Assembly: GCA_951406725.2 (NCBI GenBank)
Contig: OX597840.1
Location: 14,446,001 to 14,510,000 of the forward strand
Reading direction: 5' to 3'
Length of the DNA: 64,000 nucleotides
Origin: Octopus vulgaris
Lineage: Eukaryota
Position 1 is the first letter of the stretch. Each line of letters starts with the position of its first letter. The notes below the pieces were generated by a model that was not told the origin of the DNA, ran no database searches, and saw nothing but the letters and a program-made list of their open reading frames with translations. The translations under genes and the position numbers were made by a program. Below, piece by piece: positions 1 to 13,317 of this stretch.

Positions 1-47
1 AAGAAACACACAAAAGCCGTTCGATTCACTTCAACATATAAGTTTAA

Positions 48-97
48 TTTGTCAAAATATTTTCGTTGCTAAAATCTGCAACCTGTTCACTGACAAA
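48..97 (-). ncRNA. Minimal type I hammerhead ribozyme-like motif, G3:C8 core variant
   Basis: Minus strand: TTTGTCA-GTGAACA-G-GTTGC(agatttta)GCAAC-GAAA-ATAT-TT-TGACAAA. 7-bp stem I, 5-bp stem II, palindromic stem III (AATATT). Confidence 0.7.
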
Positions 98-105
98 AAT
101 CCGTG

Positions 106-138
<33 letters not shown>

Positions 139-652
139 ATGGTTGTATACTGTCAACTTAACGTGACAGTAGAGGATTACACCACCGCTGTTTAGCCCTA
201 GAAAGCATCAACGCTTTCTGATGGCTTCGACACACTGTGTCCTTATATATTTAAGAAGGGGAGACAAATACCCCCAACAGCTAGGCCTGCATCTAGAGAC
301 ATGCCCCACCACTCTACATATCTCTATGAGATATTTAGAAATTTAATATTTCTGATAAATATATATACACACACACACAAAATATGTTATTCATATTTTT
401 GTATCTACATCTGTTTCCAGTCGATGGCTCTGTGTTAACTTCCTGTAATTGAGACAAATATCTTCAACAGACTCTGCTTCATCTGTTGAAGCAAAACCGC
501 TTTGATGTCAACAGATATCATAATAATAACAATATTACATGTGTGTATATTTCATATACACCACATGGTACAAACACATACACATGTAATGATGTAGGAG
601 AGTGTGTTATATATGCATTCTGCATTATATTGTGTGTATTGTGCAATATATA

Positions 653-689
<37 letters not shown>

Positions 690-1654
690 CAGGAGAGCGA
701 GAGAGATGTTGATTGACAGATATATAAATATATGTTTATACACACATGTGCATGCACACACACGTATATCTACATGTATGTGCAGTCACCAAATTTCAGC
801 GATTAGATATTCTAACCATTTGGAGCCAGTGTTCAGATTAAAACATACACGTTCATATCAGACACACTCGTGGACATATACAAAAACACAGGTGCATACA
901 CAGAGACATACACAAACTTATATTTTAACTAACCATCCATTCCCCTCTTCTTCCACTCCCTCACCTTCAGATGCTTACATGTATACATACTTATCTCTCT
1001 CTACACACACAGACATACACATTGTATGTTTAGCATCAAATGAAAAAAATGAAAATTGAATGAACTTGCTTTCGACAATTTCTCTGTGACTCTTCCATTT
1101 AAAACTAAACTAAAATAAAATAAACGTTTTTCTATGTCGATTTAAGTGTTTGATTAACTATTTTCACTGAAAAGAACTGATTTTTATTGATAAAAAAAAA
1201 ATAATAAAAAAGAAACAAAAGAAACAATCTCAGCCATTTTGGCTGCCAAAGAAACAAAAAAAAAAACAACCAAAGATAAAAACTTTGGATGAAATATCTC
1301 AACAAAATATGTATCTATCTTTTTGAATATTTTTCAGCTTTTTTTCTGGATTTCTAAGCAGGTAAATCAAATACAAAATTCTTATCCAAAGGAATGGGTT
1401 GTATATCTTGGTGTTTGACTTTTATTTGGTTCTTTTTAAAACATTTTGTTTGTAGTTTTTTATTTATTTTTTTATTTGATATATTTATTAGTATTATTAT
1501 TTATTATTTTTATTAATATCATTATTTTTGTCAATGTTTTCATGAAACGTCTGCTTTCTTTACATTTAGATTCTGTAGAGAACGTATACAAAAAAAACCA
1601 AAAAAAACCAAAGGTTGCTTGCTATTATTTGAGTGATGGTGATATCTATCTATC

Positions 1655-1685
<31 letters not shown>

Positions 1686-2007
1686 CCATCTATCTATATC
1701 TATCAATATATATATATATCTATCTATCTATATATATATATATATATATAATAAATTGGCTTGTTAATGTGTTTAGATAGTCAATATTTGTTCTCTGTTT
1801 GTAGTACTCTGTTGAACATTTTTCTTTTAAAATGTGTGTGTGTACCAGTAGTGTTGAATAGCTGTAGAACCATTTGTTTCATCATCCTAAACACTTCAGA
1901 TGACAGCTAGGTACATGTTTGATTCTCTGTTCCTGCAAAACCAACTTTGCAAACAAATGAGCCATAAAGGTACAGCAATAATACCACACTAGACACGGTT
2001 AGCTATT

Positions 2008-2046
<39 letters not shown>

Positions 2047-2223
2047 CACACACATATATATATATATAAATATATATGTAATTATTTTTCATTTCCTTTG
2101 AAAATTGCTATTAAATGTGGTTTTGGTCATTTTGGCTGCTTCTAGCATGTAAAATGACCTGTTAAAGGGTAGTTTTCTCTTGAGTTTAAATGTACACTAT
2201 TTTATAAATACACACACACACAC

Positions 2224-2280
<57 letters not shown>

Positions 2281-2519
2281 TGTATACATGTATGTATATA
2301 ATCAATGGTCCTTGTAAGGTACAAAGTTTGGGTATTTTTACTGATTTCCTTTGAAGCACTTAACCCAAGTTCTGGGCTGTCAACCCTGTCAGATTCCAGA
2401 CCAATACCAAAATTCTTCAGGTGTAGAAAATCCTGGTTTCACAATGGTAAAACCGTTGCATGAATTTATTGAACAATAAAACAAAGAAATGATTTAACCC
2501 ACCTTTAATGTTCAGTATG

Positions 2520-2625
2520 TGAAGGCGCATGGCTCAGTGGTTAGAACGTCGAGCTTGCGATCGGGAGGTTGTGAGTTCAAATCCCGGACCGAGCTGTCTG
2601 TTGTGTTCTTGAGCAAGACAACGTC
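2520..2625 (+). mobile_element. tRNA-derived SINE 5' part (CORE-like family)
   Basis: A box TGGCTCAGTGG, B box GTTCAAATCC, then TGTGTTCTTGAGCAAGACA. Confidence 0.75.
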
Positions 2626-3944
2626 ATTTTGCGCAAAAATTCAAAGTGAAAATTTATGTAATATTTGCAGTTTTAGACATTAGAGAGGTACTTCAAAAGA
2701 CTTGCATCAAAGGTGTGCTCTTACATTGTTTATCTTCAAGACATGGTTTTTTGATTAAATTGAGTGGAAACAAAAAGTAAATAAAGTTATGGTTAAGGGA
2801 TGAATAATTACTACAGAGAGCATGTTAAAGTTGTATTATACATATATTATATACACTGCATATATTCAGGTAGTTTATGATGTATTAAATGACATCCTCC
2901 AAAAAATAACAATGAAGTGGGATTTATCTTTTCATTAGCAAAAGGAAACAAAATCCTAGCAGCAATTGTTAGGAAACTTTAAGGATCAGATAATTTCTGG
3001 AAATTAGAAACAATTCAACTAAAAATTTAATTTTCATGCTTGAGGGAAAAATATTTTGATTTTTGATTACAGGCAAGTGACAGCAATGGACTTATATATT
3101 TGGTCTTATTATAAATGTTTCTTTTCTGATGTGTTATATTGTAGAAGATGTAATTGTTATTTGTTTGGTCCAGTCATGTGTTTTAGCATTTTCTTATATT
3201 TTTGCCGAAATACACTATTTTTGCTTCAATTAAGAATTTATGAAGACCTTAGTAACATTATTTTGATTTTAATTCATGTTCCAAACACCAGCATAATAAA
3301 TAAGAAATCTTAATGGAAGGTTGTTTTAATTCACTTTAAAAGAAGTAACTCATTATATAGATTCAAGTGGTTTCAGTCAGGCAGCTTGGTATGAAAAGAT
3401 TTAAAAGGTGATATGCTATGTATTATATTTAACATGGATTGGTATTGCATATATCATGACTTCTGGCATGTGAGACTGTATTGTATATAGTTGAATATTA
3501 TGTATACAGATGACATGGTGTGTATATATATATATATATATATGTATATGTATATATAAGACATAGTGGTATAACAAGGTACCAGTGTTTGCTGGAAATA
3601 GCAGTTGATAATGATACGATGCTATGTAAAGCTTCATTAAAATGTATACTGCCAAAGAACTTAAAAAATATTTTGTCTTACCTCTAGAAAGATTCACTTG
3701 AGATGAAATTTTTATCTCAGGTGAATCTAGCTGGAAAGTCTGAAACTCAGGTCCTGTATTATCCACTCTAGATAGTCTATATAGTCTAGATAGTCGATAT
3801 ATTCCTAAATGTAAGACGAAAATTTATATATATATATACACATACATATATATACATATAATAATAATATTAGGGAATATTCCAAACTTACAGGGAAAAA
3901 TTCAATTTAGTAATACTAAATCAAATTTCACAATACATAATACA

Positions 3945-4334
3945 TATATATAAATTAGAGAAGAACCACCATGAAGCAATTCAACAATGATATACTTAAA
4001 TCATACCATATAGAAAATTGTAAAATTATGTATTTTTATATATATTTATCTTTTCTTATGAGATAATATACGTACTTTTATTTAATTATTTTATTGTTTT
4101 TATCTTAGACCTGATGAGTGACTATACCTAAACTGAATTGATTTTATTGTTATCAATTTGAAAATATAGCCCCGAAATACGTGTAGCCTATTTACTATTT
4201 ATATACTATTTATTTATTATTTAGTACTTTCTTTAGTTCTAGGTAAATGTTTTATTGTATGTTTAATTTTTTTCTATATGGTATGATTTAAGTATATCAT
4301 TGTTAAATTGCTTCATGGTGGTCCTTCTCTAATT

Positions 4335-4345
<11 letters not shown>
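3945..4345. mobile_element. TA-flanked fold-back element containing a hammerhead (Penelope-like pLTR remnant)
   Basis: Inverted arms ~3945-4017 and ~4270-4345 (AGAAGAACCACCATGAAGCAATT... / ...AATTGCTTCATGGTGGTCCTTCT) enclosing the hammerhead. Confidence 0.6.
4106..4190 (+). ncRNA. Type I hammerhead ribozyme-like motif with long stem II
   Basis: TAGAC-CTGATGA-GTGACTATA...TATAGCCCC-GAAA-TACGTG-TA-GCCTA. Canonical core and near-palindromic stem III, with a few decay mismatches in the stems. Confidence 0.7.
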
Positions 4346-4654
<309 letters not shown>

Positions 4655-4655
<1 letters not shown>

Positions 4656-5235
4656 CATCATCATCATCTTTTAACGTCCATTTTCCATGCTAGCATGGGT
4701 TAGACGGTTCAACTGGGGTTTGGGAAGCCAGAAGGCTGCGCCAGGCCCAGTCTGATCTGGCAGTGTTTCTACAGCTGGATGCCCTTCCTAACGCCAACCA
4801 CTCCGTGAGTGTAGTGGGTGATTTTTACGTGCCACCTGCACAGGTGCCAGACGAGGCTGGCAACGGCCCCAATCGGATGGTACTTTTTATGTGCCACCAC
4901 CACAGAGGCCAGTCAGGGTGGCGCTGGCAACAGCCCCGTTCAGATGGTTCTTTTACATGCCACCGGCACTGGTATCACAGCTACAGTTTCCATTGATGTT
5001 GATCGATTTTGATTTTGAGTTTCACTTGCCTCAACAGGTCTTCACAAGTGGGGTTTGTGTCACAAGAAGAAAAGGTATGCATAAGTGGGCTGGCTATGTC
5101 CCAGGTAGAGGCTACAGGTTATGGTCTCACTTGTCCTGCTGGGTCTTCCCACGCACAGCATACTTCCAAATGTCTCGGTCTCTGATCATTTCCTCGGTGA
5201 GACCTAAAGTTCGAAGGTCGTGCTTCACCACCTCA
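4655..5235 (-). mobile_element. 5'-truncated RTE-clade LINE 3' end (ORF C-terminus, repeat-containing 3' UTR, (GAT)n tail)
   Basis: Minus frame EVVKHDLRTLGLTEEMIRDRDIWKYAV resembles an RTE C-terminus. UTR has ~55-bp internal repeats and ends TTAAAAGATGATGATG. Confidence 0.7.
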
Positions 5236-5254
5236 TATACATACATACATAAAT

Positions 5255-5301
<47 letters not shown>

Positions 5302-6169
5302 CACACACCATATCCAGCATTGGTTCTACACATTATGGTAATTATCTTGGAGCTAAAATCCGAGAGTACCACACAAATTCTGAAAAACTAACAAAATTTC
5401 TTAATCTGACTTAAAACATGAATAAAATGAGGAAGAAAGTTCACTTGTGGCACAGAAGAGGCAGGAGAAGAGAATTGGGAGAGGATGATGGAGATGTGGT
5501 CTTATGACTGGTTAAGTAATCTTGTCAGATAACAAACTGACAATAGCATCATATGTACATCAGAGCCAGACCCCACCCTCTATTGCCTTCTGGTTCATTC
5601 CCATCCCTGATTGCACTATAGTGCAATTGCCTGTATTTGGACATCTTCAACATTGTTGCCTTGCAAAGTGATAGATAGCAGGTTCAAACTCCATTAGTAC
5701 CCCCTTGATTTTTTCTCTCTCACATATTGATGTTTATTAATATCTCTAATATTATTTACTTCATAATCTTAGCAGTTAATTCCTAATTTGGTTCATGGAG
5801 TTATTTCTTGTTGCAATCATCCAACCAAGCTGGGATACCTTTGTATATTTTAGACATTAAGTTAACTAACTTATCCACCTTGTGCTAAATGACTGATGAA
5901 TTATTTTGGAGAGATAAAAGTTTTCCCTTCTGCTGCAGGATGAAAGCCACAGCATACCATTGCTAGTTTATTTCTGCTAGTTGTAGACCTATGTGTCTAC
6001 ACAGGGCAATGTTTGATGGAAAATCTAGTGCCCTTTTTGGTTATAGCTAACCATGGGTTTCTACACCTGGTAAATTCCTTTCCATGTTGCAGGCCAGGGC
6101 AAGGTTTTTGTTACAGATGTGCAGTTAAAAAAACGAAAGGTAAAACTACCTTCTTGAGTCATAAGGGCC

Positions 6170-6608
6170 AGTTTTCCAGTTTCATGGCATATATATTCCA
6201 CACCTGGATGGGACGCTGGTCTGTCGCAGGGTTGCTCACTTTTGTCAGCTGAGAGGACAGGATCAACGTGAAGTGAAGTGTTTTGGTCAAGAACACATTG
6301 CATCATGCGGTTCAGGAATCAAAACCACAATCTTACAATCATGAGTCCAACACCCTAACCACTTAGCCACATGCCTCCTCTACAGACTCACAGGGCCAGC
6401 TTCCCGGTCTCATGGCATATATTTTCTGCACTTGGATGGGACGCTGGTCTGTTGCAGGGTTACTCAGTTTTGCCTGCTGAGTGGACAGGAGCAACATGAA
6501 ATGAAGTATTTTGCTCAAGAACACAATATGTTGCCCAGTCCAGGAATCGAAACCACAATCTTATGATCATGAGCCCAACACCCTAACCACTAAGCCATGT
6601 GCCTCCAC
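6170..6608 (-). mobile_element. Two tandem tRNA-derived SINE copies
   Basis: Two ~220-bp similar units, each ending ...CCCTAACCACT(T/A)AGCCA(C/T)(A/G)TGCCTCC (reverse-complement tRNA head). Confidence 0.8.
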
Positions 6609-7239
6609 ATGTTAGCAGTTATATGTGTTTGTTTAGTCTCTTCCATCTGTGCCACAGGAGTTGTCCAACAGGAGGTAAATCTCACACAGTCTGCAACCAA
6701 TTTCAATGTAGCCATTGCTGTTGGAACACAGAAACTTAGCAAGTCCTTCAGGACATCCACTGCCTTCAACTGATTGTGTTTTAGTGACCCCAAAAGAAGA
6801 AAAGGTAATTCTTTGCTTGTAGCACAAAGGGTCATGAAGTAACCAAAATTCTAAGGACTCAGTTCAATATGCACCTGGTTGAGTATTCCATGGATACATT
6901 TACTCCTAATGTGACCCTCAGACAGGGTCAATGTAGCAGTGGGAACCTTTGAATTACTGTTACAGTCCATCTGTGGCTTCCATACAGTTTCCATTTATTC
7001 AATTTCCTCTCACAGGATTTGGATCAACCCAAGTTATAATAAAAACCCAAGGTATCACACACTGGATGTGAACCTACAACCTCATGCATGTAAAGCCAAC
7101 ATTTCAACCACCCAGTCATGTCACATCTATAATCATATAATCACAATAACTACATCATATGTTGTGTGCTACCATCTGTATCTTTTGGTGTGGGTTTGAT
7201 CTGCAGAAGGAGACTATAGCTATAACCTTCACCCTTTAA

Positions 7240-8165
7240 GACTATTGAGATTGACATGATTAGCGTTTCTCTCTAAGACTGTTGAGATTGAGATCTCTTC
7301 AAAACTAATGGCGTTGACATGACTAACGTTTCTCTCCGAGGGTGTTGATATTGATGTGACCAATGTTTCATGCTGACACTGTTGAGATTGACATGACTAA
7401 TGATTAGTGAGATTGACATTACTAATCTCTCTTTCCAAAACTTGAGATTGATGTGACTATAGAAATTGATGTGATTGATGTTTCTCTCAAAGACTGGTGA
7501 GATTGACATGATTAATGCTTGTGTGCAAGGCTTGAGATTAAAATAACTAAAATTTCTCTCTAAGATTGGTGAGATTGACATGACTAATGCTTCTCTCGTA
7601 AACTGTTGAGATTCCAAAACTGTAGAGAGTGGCATGATTAAGGTTTCTTTCAAAGACTGGTGACATTGATGTGATTAATGTTGCTATTTAAGACTGTTGA
7701 TGTTGACATGACTAATGTTTTTCTCCAAGACTGTTGAGATTGATGTGATTAATGTTTATGTCCAAGCCTTGAGATTGACATGACTTATGCTTCTCTTCAT
7801 GACTGTTGATATTGACATGATTAATTTTTCTCTTAAAGGCTGGTAAGATTGATGTGATTAATGTTTCTTTCTAAGTCTAGTGAGAATAACCTGACTAATG
7901 TTTCTATCCAAGACTGTTAAGATTGACATAACTAAAGTTTCTGTCCAGAACTGGTGAGATTGATGTGACTAATATTTATCTCCAAGGCTGGTGAGATTGA
8001 CATGATCAGTATTTCTCTCCAAGACAGGTGATTGACATGGCCAAAATTTCTCTCCAAGATTGATGAGATTGACATGATTAATGTTTCTCTCCACGACTAT
8101 TTATATTGTCGTGATTAAGTTTCTCTCAAAGGCTGTTGACATTGACATCATGAATATTTCTCTTC
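7240..8165 (+). repeat. Degenerate ~37-bp minisatellite, roughly 25 units
   Basis: Consensus approx. GACTGTTGAGATTGACATGACTAATGTTTCTCTCCAA repeated head to tail with no spacers. Confidence 0.9.
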
Positions 8166-9439
8166 AAATTCAAATTCCCTTGTGCAGGTGTTCTGAGAGG
8201 GGTGGAAAATAAGAAGGTGTAGGGGTTAGTGTAGAGCCTGAAAGCCAAGGGGATACAATTATGAACTGACACACAAACATCTCTGGGTATTTTCTCACTT
8301 TTATGCTTTGAGAAATATTATGTCAAATAACATTAATCATGGCAAACAAAATCTAGCTTTTCACTGTTTAGACAAAGACACACTGTTTATACTCAGAGTG
8401 TCTCTCCTTACACACATATTTCCCCACTCTTATACTCTGATATCCTCCTCACATACTCTCAATATTAATCTTTAATACCCTTTCTTTGCTTTAAGTAGGT
8501 AAATTAGTTATTTTGTGCTATTTTCTATTATGAAAATTTATCAATATGTTTAGATTTTTTCTAATCACCTCCATCTCTCTTCCCTCCAATGTTTTCTTTA
8601 ATTATATTTTAATCATTTTTTGAACTAAAACTTTTAATGACCTAATTTCCAATTAGTCACATTTAATGGTGTTTCAATTTGAAATAGTTTTTATCACAAT
8701 CAACTATCGATGAACAATTCAGATTGTGTTGTTGTTGTTGTTGTTGCTGTCACTGTTGTTGTTTTTAATGATGATGATGATATCGTCATTAATGATGTCT
8801 TTGTTGTTATTTTAAATAAATTTATTTCTCATATTTTTATGAGATTTAGAATGTGAATAATCATAATTCTATTTATTTATTGATTTAATTTTGGTAGTTC
8901 AATACATCATATGAACCAATAAGCCCTGATTAAGTTTGCTTTGCAACCACAATGTGCTAAGTTCAATTTCACTGTGGTGTACTTTGCCCAGGGTCTTCCT
9001 CTGTAGCCTCAAATCAGCACTAGCTAATAGAAGCTGTGTAGAATCTCATCAAATGGATTGTACTTTGTCAAACTGACTCTGCTTGGAGATTATGTTTATG
9101 GTACAAGTGTGTGTGGGATACTCAGCCATTGATGTGTTAATTTAATAGGCAGGTATTCCAGATGAAAAAATGGATGAAAACTCCTGCTGGAAAATTCCGA
9201 GATTCATTTCTCTTTGTAGAATCAATACAAACAATTCAAGACCAAGAAATTAAACAGCCCTGCCCCTTCCCTCTGTTGTTTTCCGGTTCCTTTCCATCAC
9301 TGATTACACTAAAGAACACCTGCCTGTATTCAGGCATCTTCAACATTGTTACCTTGCAAGTGATAGATAGCAGGTTCAGACTCCATCAGTACCTACCCTC
9401 CCGTTGGTATTTTCTCTCACCAGTCAATGTTTATTAATG

Positions 9440-9865
9440 TCCCATGTAAAAGCACCATCCAAATGTGGTCGATGCCAGTCCCCTCTGGCCCCTGTGCTGG
9501 TGGCACATTAAAAGCACCCACTACACCCTCGGAGTGGTCCAGCTGGATAAACACTGCCAGATCAGATTGGAGCCTGGTGCAGCTTCCTGGCTTCCCAGAC
9601 CCCAGTCAAACTGTCCAACCCATGCCAGCATGGAAAACAGACATTAAACGATGATGATGATGATGAAGGCGGCAAGCTGACAGAATCATCAGCTTGCTGG
9701 ACAAAATGCTTAGCGGCATTTCATGTCTTCACATTCTGAGTTCAAATTCCACCAAGGACTACTTTGCCTTTTGTCCTTTTGGGGTCAATAAAATAAGTAA
9801 CAGCTGAGTGCTGGGGTCGATCTAATTGACTTACCCCTCCCCCACTTATGCCCAAATTTTAAGCC
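9440..9865 (+). mobile_element. RTE-type 3' UTR fragment with (GAT)n tail followed by a tRNA SINE
   Basis: ...CCATGCCAGCATGGAAAACAGACATTAAACGATGATG, then AAGGCGGCAAGCTGACAGAATC...GAGTTCAAATTCC. Confidence 0.75.
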
Positions 9866-9959
9866 AATACTATTTACTTCATAATCTTAGCAGTTAATTC
9901 TTAATCTGATTTATGGAGTTATTTCTTATTGCAAACATCAAAACAAGGTGGGACACTAG

Positions 9960-10189
9960 AATTCTATATTTAAGAGATGAGGAATTATGTATATTATTTA
10001 CATTATTTACATTTGATGGATATTTGTCCTCATCTTGTTTGTTGTTAACACAACGTTTTGGCTGATATACCATCCAGCCTTCGTCAGGTGTCTTGAGGAA
10101 ATTTCAAACCTGGGTTCTAATACCTAAGGTATTTTTTTATGTTGTTGTTGTTATTGTTGTTGTTGTTGTTATCATTATTATTATCATCA

Positions 10190-10235
<46 letters not shown>

Positions 10236-10416
10236 TATTGTTATTATTATTCAGGTCATTGCCTGGAATCGAACTTGGAATCTTGGTGTTAGTAGCCCAT
10301 GCTCTCTGTCTACGGGCATATGGGTTAGTGGTTAAGAGTGTGGGCTGTTAACTCCAAGATTCCAAGTTCGATTCCAGGCAGTGACCTGAATAATAATAAT
10401 TATAATTATAATAGTA

Positions 10417-10454
<38 letters not shown>

Positions 10455-10505
10455 AACATAAAAAAATGTTAGGTATGACAAATATCCATCAAATGTAAAT
10501 AATGA
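9960..10505. mobile_element. Fold-back element: tRNA-like head + (TAA)n + hammerhead
   Basis: Outer IR CATTATTTACATTTGATGGATATTTGTC / GACAAATATCCATCAAATGTAAATAATG. Inner inverted tRNA-like pair at ~10252-10305 and ~10315-10388. Confidence 0.65.
10048..10091 (-). ncRNA. Minimal hammerhead-like motif (GAAA decayed to AAAA)
   Basis: Minus: ACAC-CTGACGA-A-GGCTG(gatggtatat)CAGCC-AAAA-CG-TT-GTGT. Palindromic AACGTT; G12 loss is consistent with CpG decay. Confidence 0.65.
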
Positions 10506-11483
10506 TGAAAATGGAAGAAACAACTCCTCATCATCATCATTATCATCACCGTCGTCATTGTTGGCGTCATCACCACCAGCACCATCACCATCTATGCTTT
10601 TGCATCCCACTTTTTACATATTGTCATGGGTTGGATGAGTATTTGTGTTTGTATGTTTGCCTGCCTCTCTCTATATATTTATCTTTCTCACTCTGTCTTC
10701 ATACTTTCTCTCTCCCTCACACACACACTCACACATACATACAGTGTGTGTATATATATATGTGTGTGTGTATGTGTAATCATTTAATATTGCTGAGCAA
10801 AGATTATTTAGTGCATTTTAAAGATGCAAGGTTAATGAGGGTAGGTAATTAGGAACTGATTAGCATGAATGTTTCCTGAGACCTAATTTCTCCAAATTAT
10901 ACACACAAACATGTCTGCACATCTGTGTGTTGTATGTGCATGTGTGTGTGTGCATCATGTGTTTGTGTGTGTGTGCATGTGTGGTATGTGTTTGTGTGCA
11001 TGTTTGGGTATGTGTGCATGTGCATATGTTGTGTATGAGTGTGTGCATCTGTTGTATGTATGTTTGTGCATGTATTTGGGTGTGTATGTGCATGCGCATC
11101 TGCTGTGAGTCTATGCATGTGTGTGTGTGTATACATGTATTTATATGTTTAACATACCACCACCATTTCAAGAAAAAAACCTTGGTGTTGTGTCTAAAGG
11201 TTAACCAAGCCACCTGCTAAATTGAAATTGATAAAATGAAAGACTGAAGTAATTCATTATACCACTAAGGTTGATTAACCTCACCCCCAATCTTTCCTTT
11301 CATTGGGTTTCCTGGCACCACTGCAATCTGATGTCTGGAACTTGTAAAAGAAAAGTGTGTGCATTTGTGTATATTTCGTCATCGTTGTTTAATGTCCACT
11401 TAAATGACAATGATATATACAAACACACACACACACACACACACATATAATATATATAATATATTTGTATGTATATATATGTA

Positions 11484-12652
11484 TCTACTACATATGTGTG
11501 TTTGTGGAGTTGTTAGTTAACTCCTCCTACATCGTTTTATCGATTTTGACGAAACTTGACATGTGAGTAGAACTCATGCCTAGAAACCTTGTGACATACT
11601 TAGATTGTTGAAAAAAATCGATAATAGGGTCCCTGGAAGGGATCATTATATCTATTACATATAACTAATATTTTATATAAACACCCAAGGGAAATAACCC
11701 ATAGCACCTACATTTACAAGTGTCAGTTTTTAGCGAAGCGATCAATATTTGATTCTCATGATCAGTGGACCTAATTCTACATTTCACTACTTACAGTTTT
11801 GAACTACTAAACCTTATTATTGCACTTTCTTGATTTGAACCTTAAATCTTAAATACTTCATTCATACATTTATATACATACATACTTTTTTGTGCTTATG
11901 TATACTACATTTAATAATAATAGACTTGATAAAGTTAGCCTTTAAAATGGCATGACAAGCCAGAGTATGAGTGGGTACTTCTACTCCACAAGCTGCTCTA
12001 ATGCGACAATAGTTTGAATGAGTAGTAGACCAATTCTTCGTCTATTCTACTTCAATATCTAAACACTTATATACATATTGCTGTAATTAATTTAGACATT
12101 GCATTAATAGACATTTTTTTCAACATCTTTAAATAACTAAATCCTGGCAATCCATGTAGGGGTTTCAATTAAATTTGATTACACTTTGAATGCCCATAAC
12201 GAATAGTTCTGCATTTTTCCAGTTAAACTTTTTCGATGACAGTAGATAAATTTTTGATTCAAGAACATATTTAATAAGTGTGTCCCAATCCTGCTTTTTC
12301 TCACAGACAGCTCTATGTTGGATGCTCTAGAGTTGGAAATCCGGAAAATTTATTCATCTATGCACCCAACGGCAAAATCAAAATCCTTGTGTATCATGAA
12401 GACCTGCAAGACTGTAATTTTGGAACAAAGATGCCTCTCCCTCCTACAACCTCTCTTGCCAACCTCCGGAAACCCCTCTCGCCAAACTCCGACAATCTTT
12501 CTCTTCTCCAGCTGACAGTTTTTTTAAACTTTTTCACAGTGGAAAATACACCTTTTGTGGCAGTTAAAATGAAATTGCTTTTTCATATCAGAGTAATAAG
12601 GTGTTTAACTAGAACATCTTTACCCCCGGGAATTACTGGGTACAGCAGCTAG
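11484..12652 (+). mobile_element. Non-autonomous Helitron with PIF1-helicase C-terminal fragment
   Basis: A|TC 5' end; 3' hairpin CCCGG(gaatta)CTGGG then CTAG|T. 12278-12410 encodes PAFSHRQLYVGCSRVGNPENLFIYAPNGK, matching the Helitron helicase motif FSHGQLYVAxSRV. The 5' boundary is less certain. Confidence 0.75.
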
Positions 12653-12681
12653 TATGTGTGTGTATATATATATATATATAT

Positions 12682-13010
12682 AGGTGCAGGAGTGGCTGTG
12701 TGACTTATAAGCTTGCTTCCCAACCACATGGTTCCAGGTTCAGTTGCACTATGTGTCACCATGGGCAAGTGCCTTCTACTATAGTCTCAGGTCGACCAAA
12801 GCCTTATGAGTGGATTTGGTAGAAAGAAACTGAAATAAGCCTGTTGTAGATATATATATATATCTTTATATAGTCAAAGAATTTGAAACCAGGACTTACC
12901 TTTTTTTAGTATTTATTCTATCAGCCTCTTTTGCTGAACCGCTAAGTTACTGGGATGTAAACAAACCATTACTGGTTGTCAAGCGATAGTGAGGGGACAA
13001 ACAACAGATG
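12682..13010. mobile_element. tRNA-derived SINE fragments (GGTGCAGGAGTGGCTGTG family): head on +, tail piece on -
   Basis: Matches full copies at 24033-24425 and 25783-26180. Confidence 0.75.
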
Positions 13011-13029
13011 CACACACATAGATATGCAT

Positions 13030-13066
<37 letters not shown>

Positions 13067-13239
13067 ATAAATAAGAAAATGAACTAAAAAATCCAAGGCT
13101 TTGAATAGTTTTCAGAACATTTATAAAGAGAAAGTCTTACAGCTGTGTCCGTAATGCTATATATATCCCATCACAGCATTACCTGATACCTTTGGGTCTT
13201 CTTGACACCAATACTGTTCATACCCTATGTATATATATG

Positions 13240-13272
<33 letters not shown>

Positions 13273-13317
13273 GTGTGTGTGTATATGATTATAGCGGTGC
13301 CTCAATCAATTTCTAAC

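Noticed and set aside
2355-2430. CTGAAGA on minus strand with distant GAAC
   Set aside because: No intact GAAA or convincing stem II.
7240-8165. CRISPR-like array
   Set aside because: Units are contiguous with no unique spacers, there are no cas genes, and the context is eukaryotic.
10315-10388. Functional tRNA-Asn gene
   Set aside because: Acceptor stem poorly paired and anticodon differs in the mirrored copy; treated as an element head.
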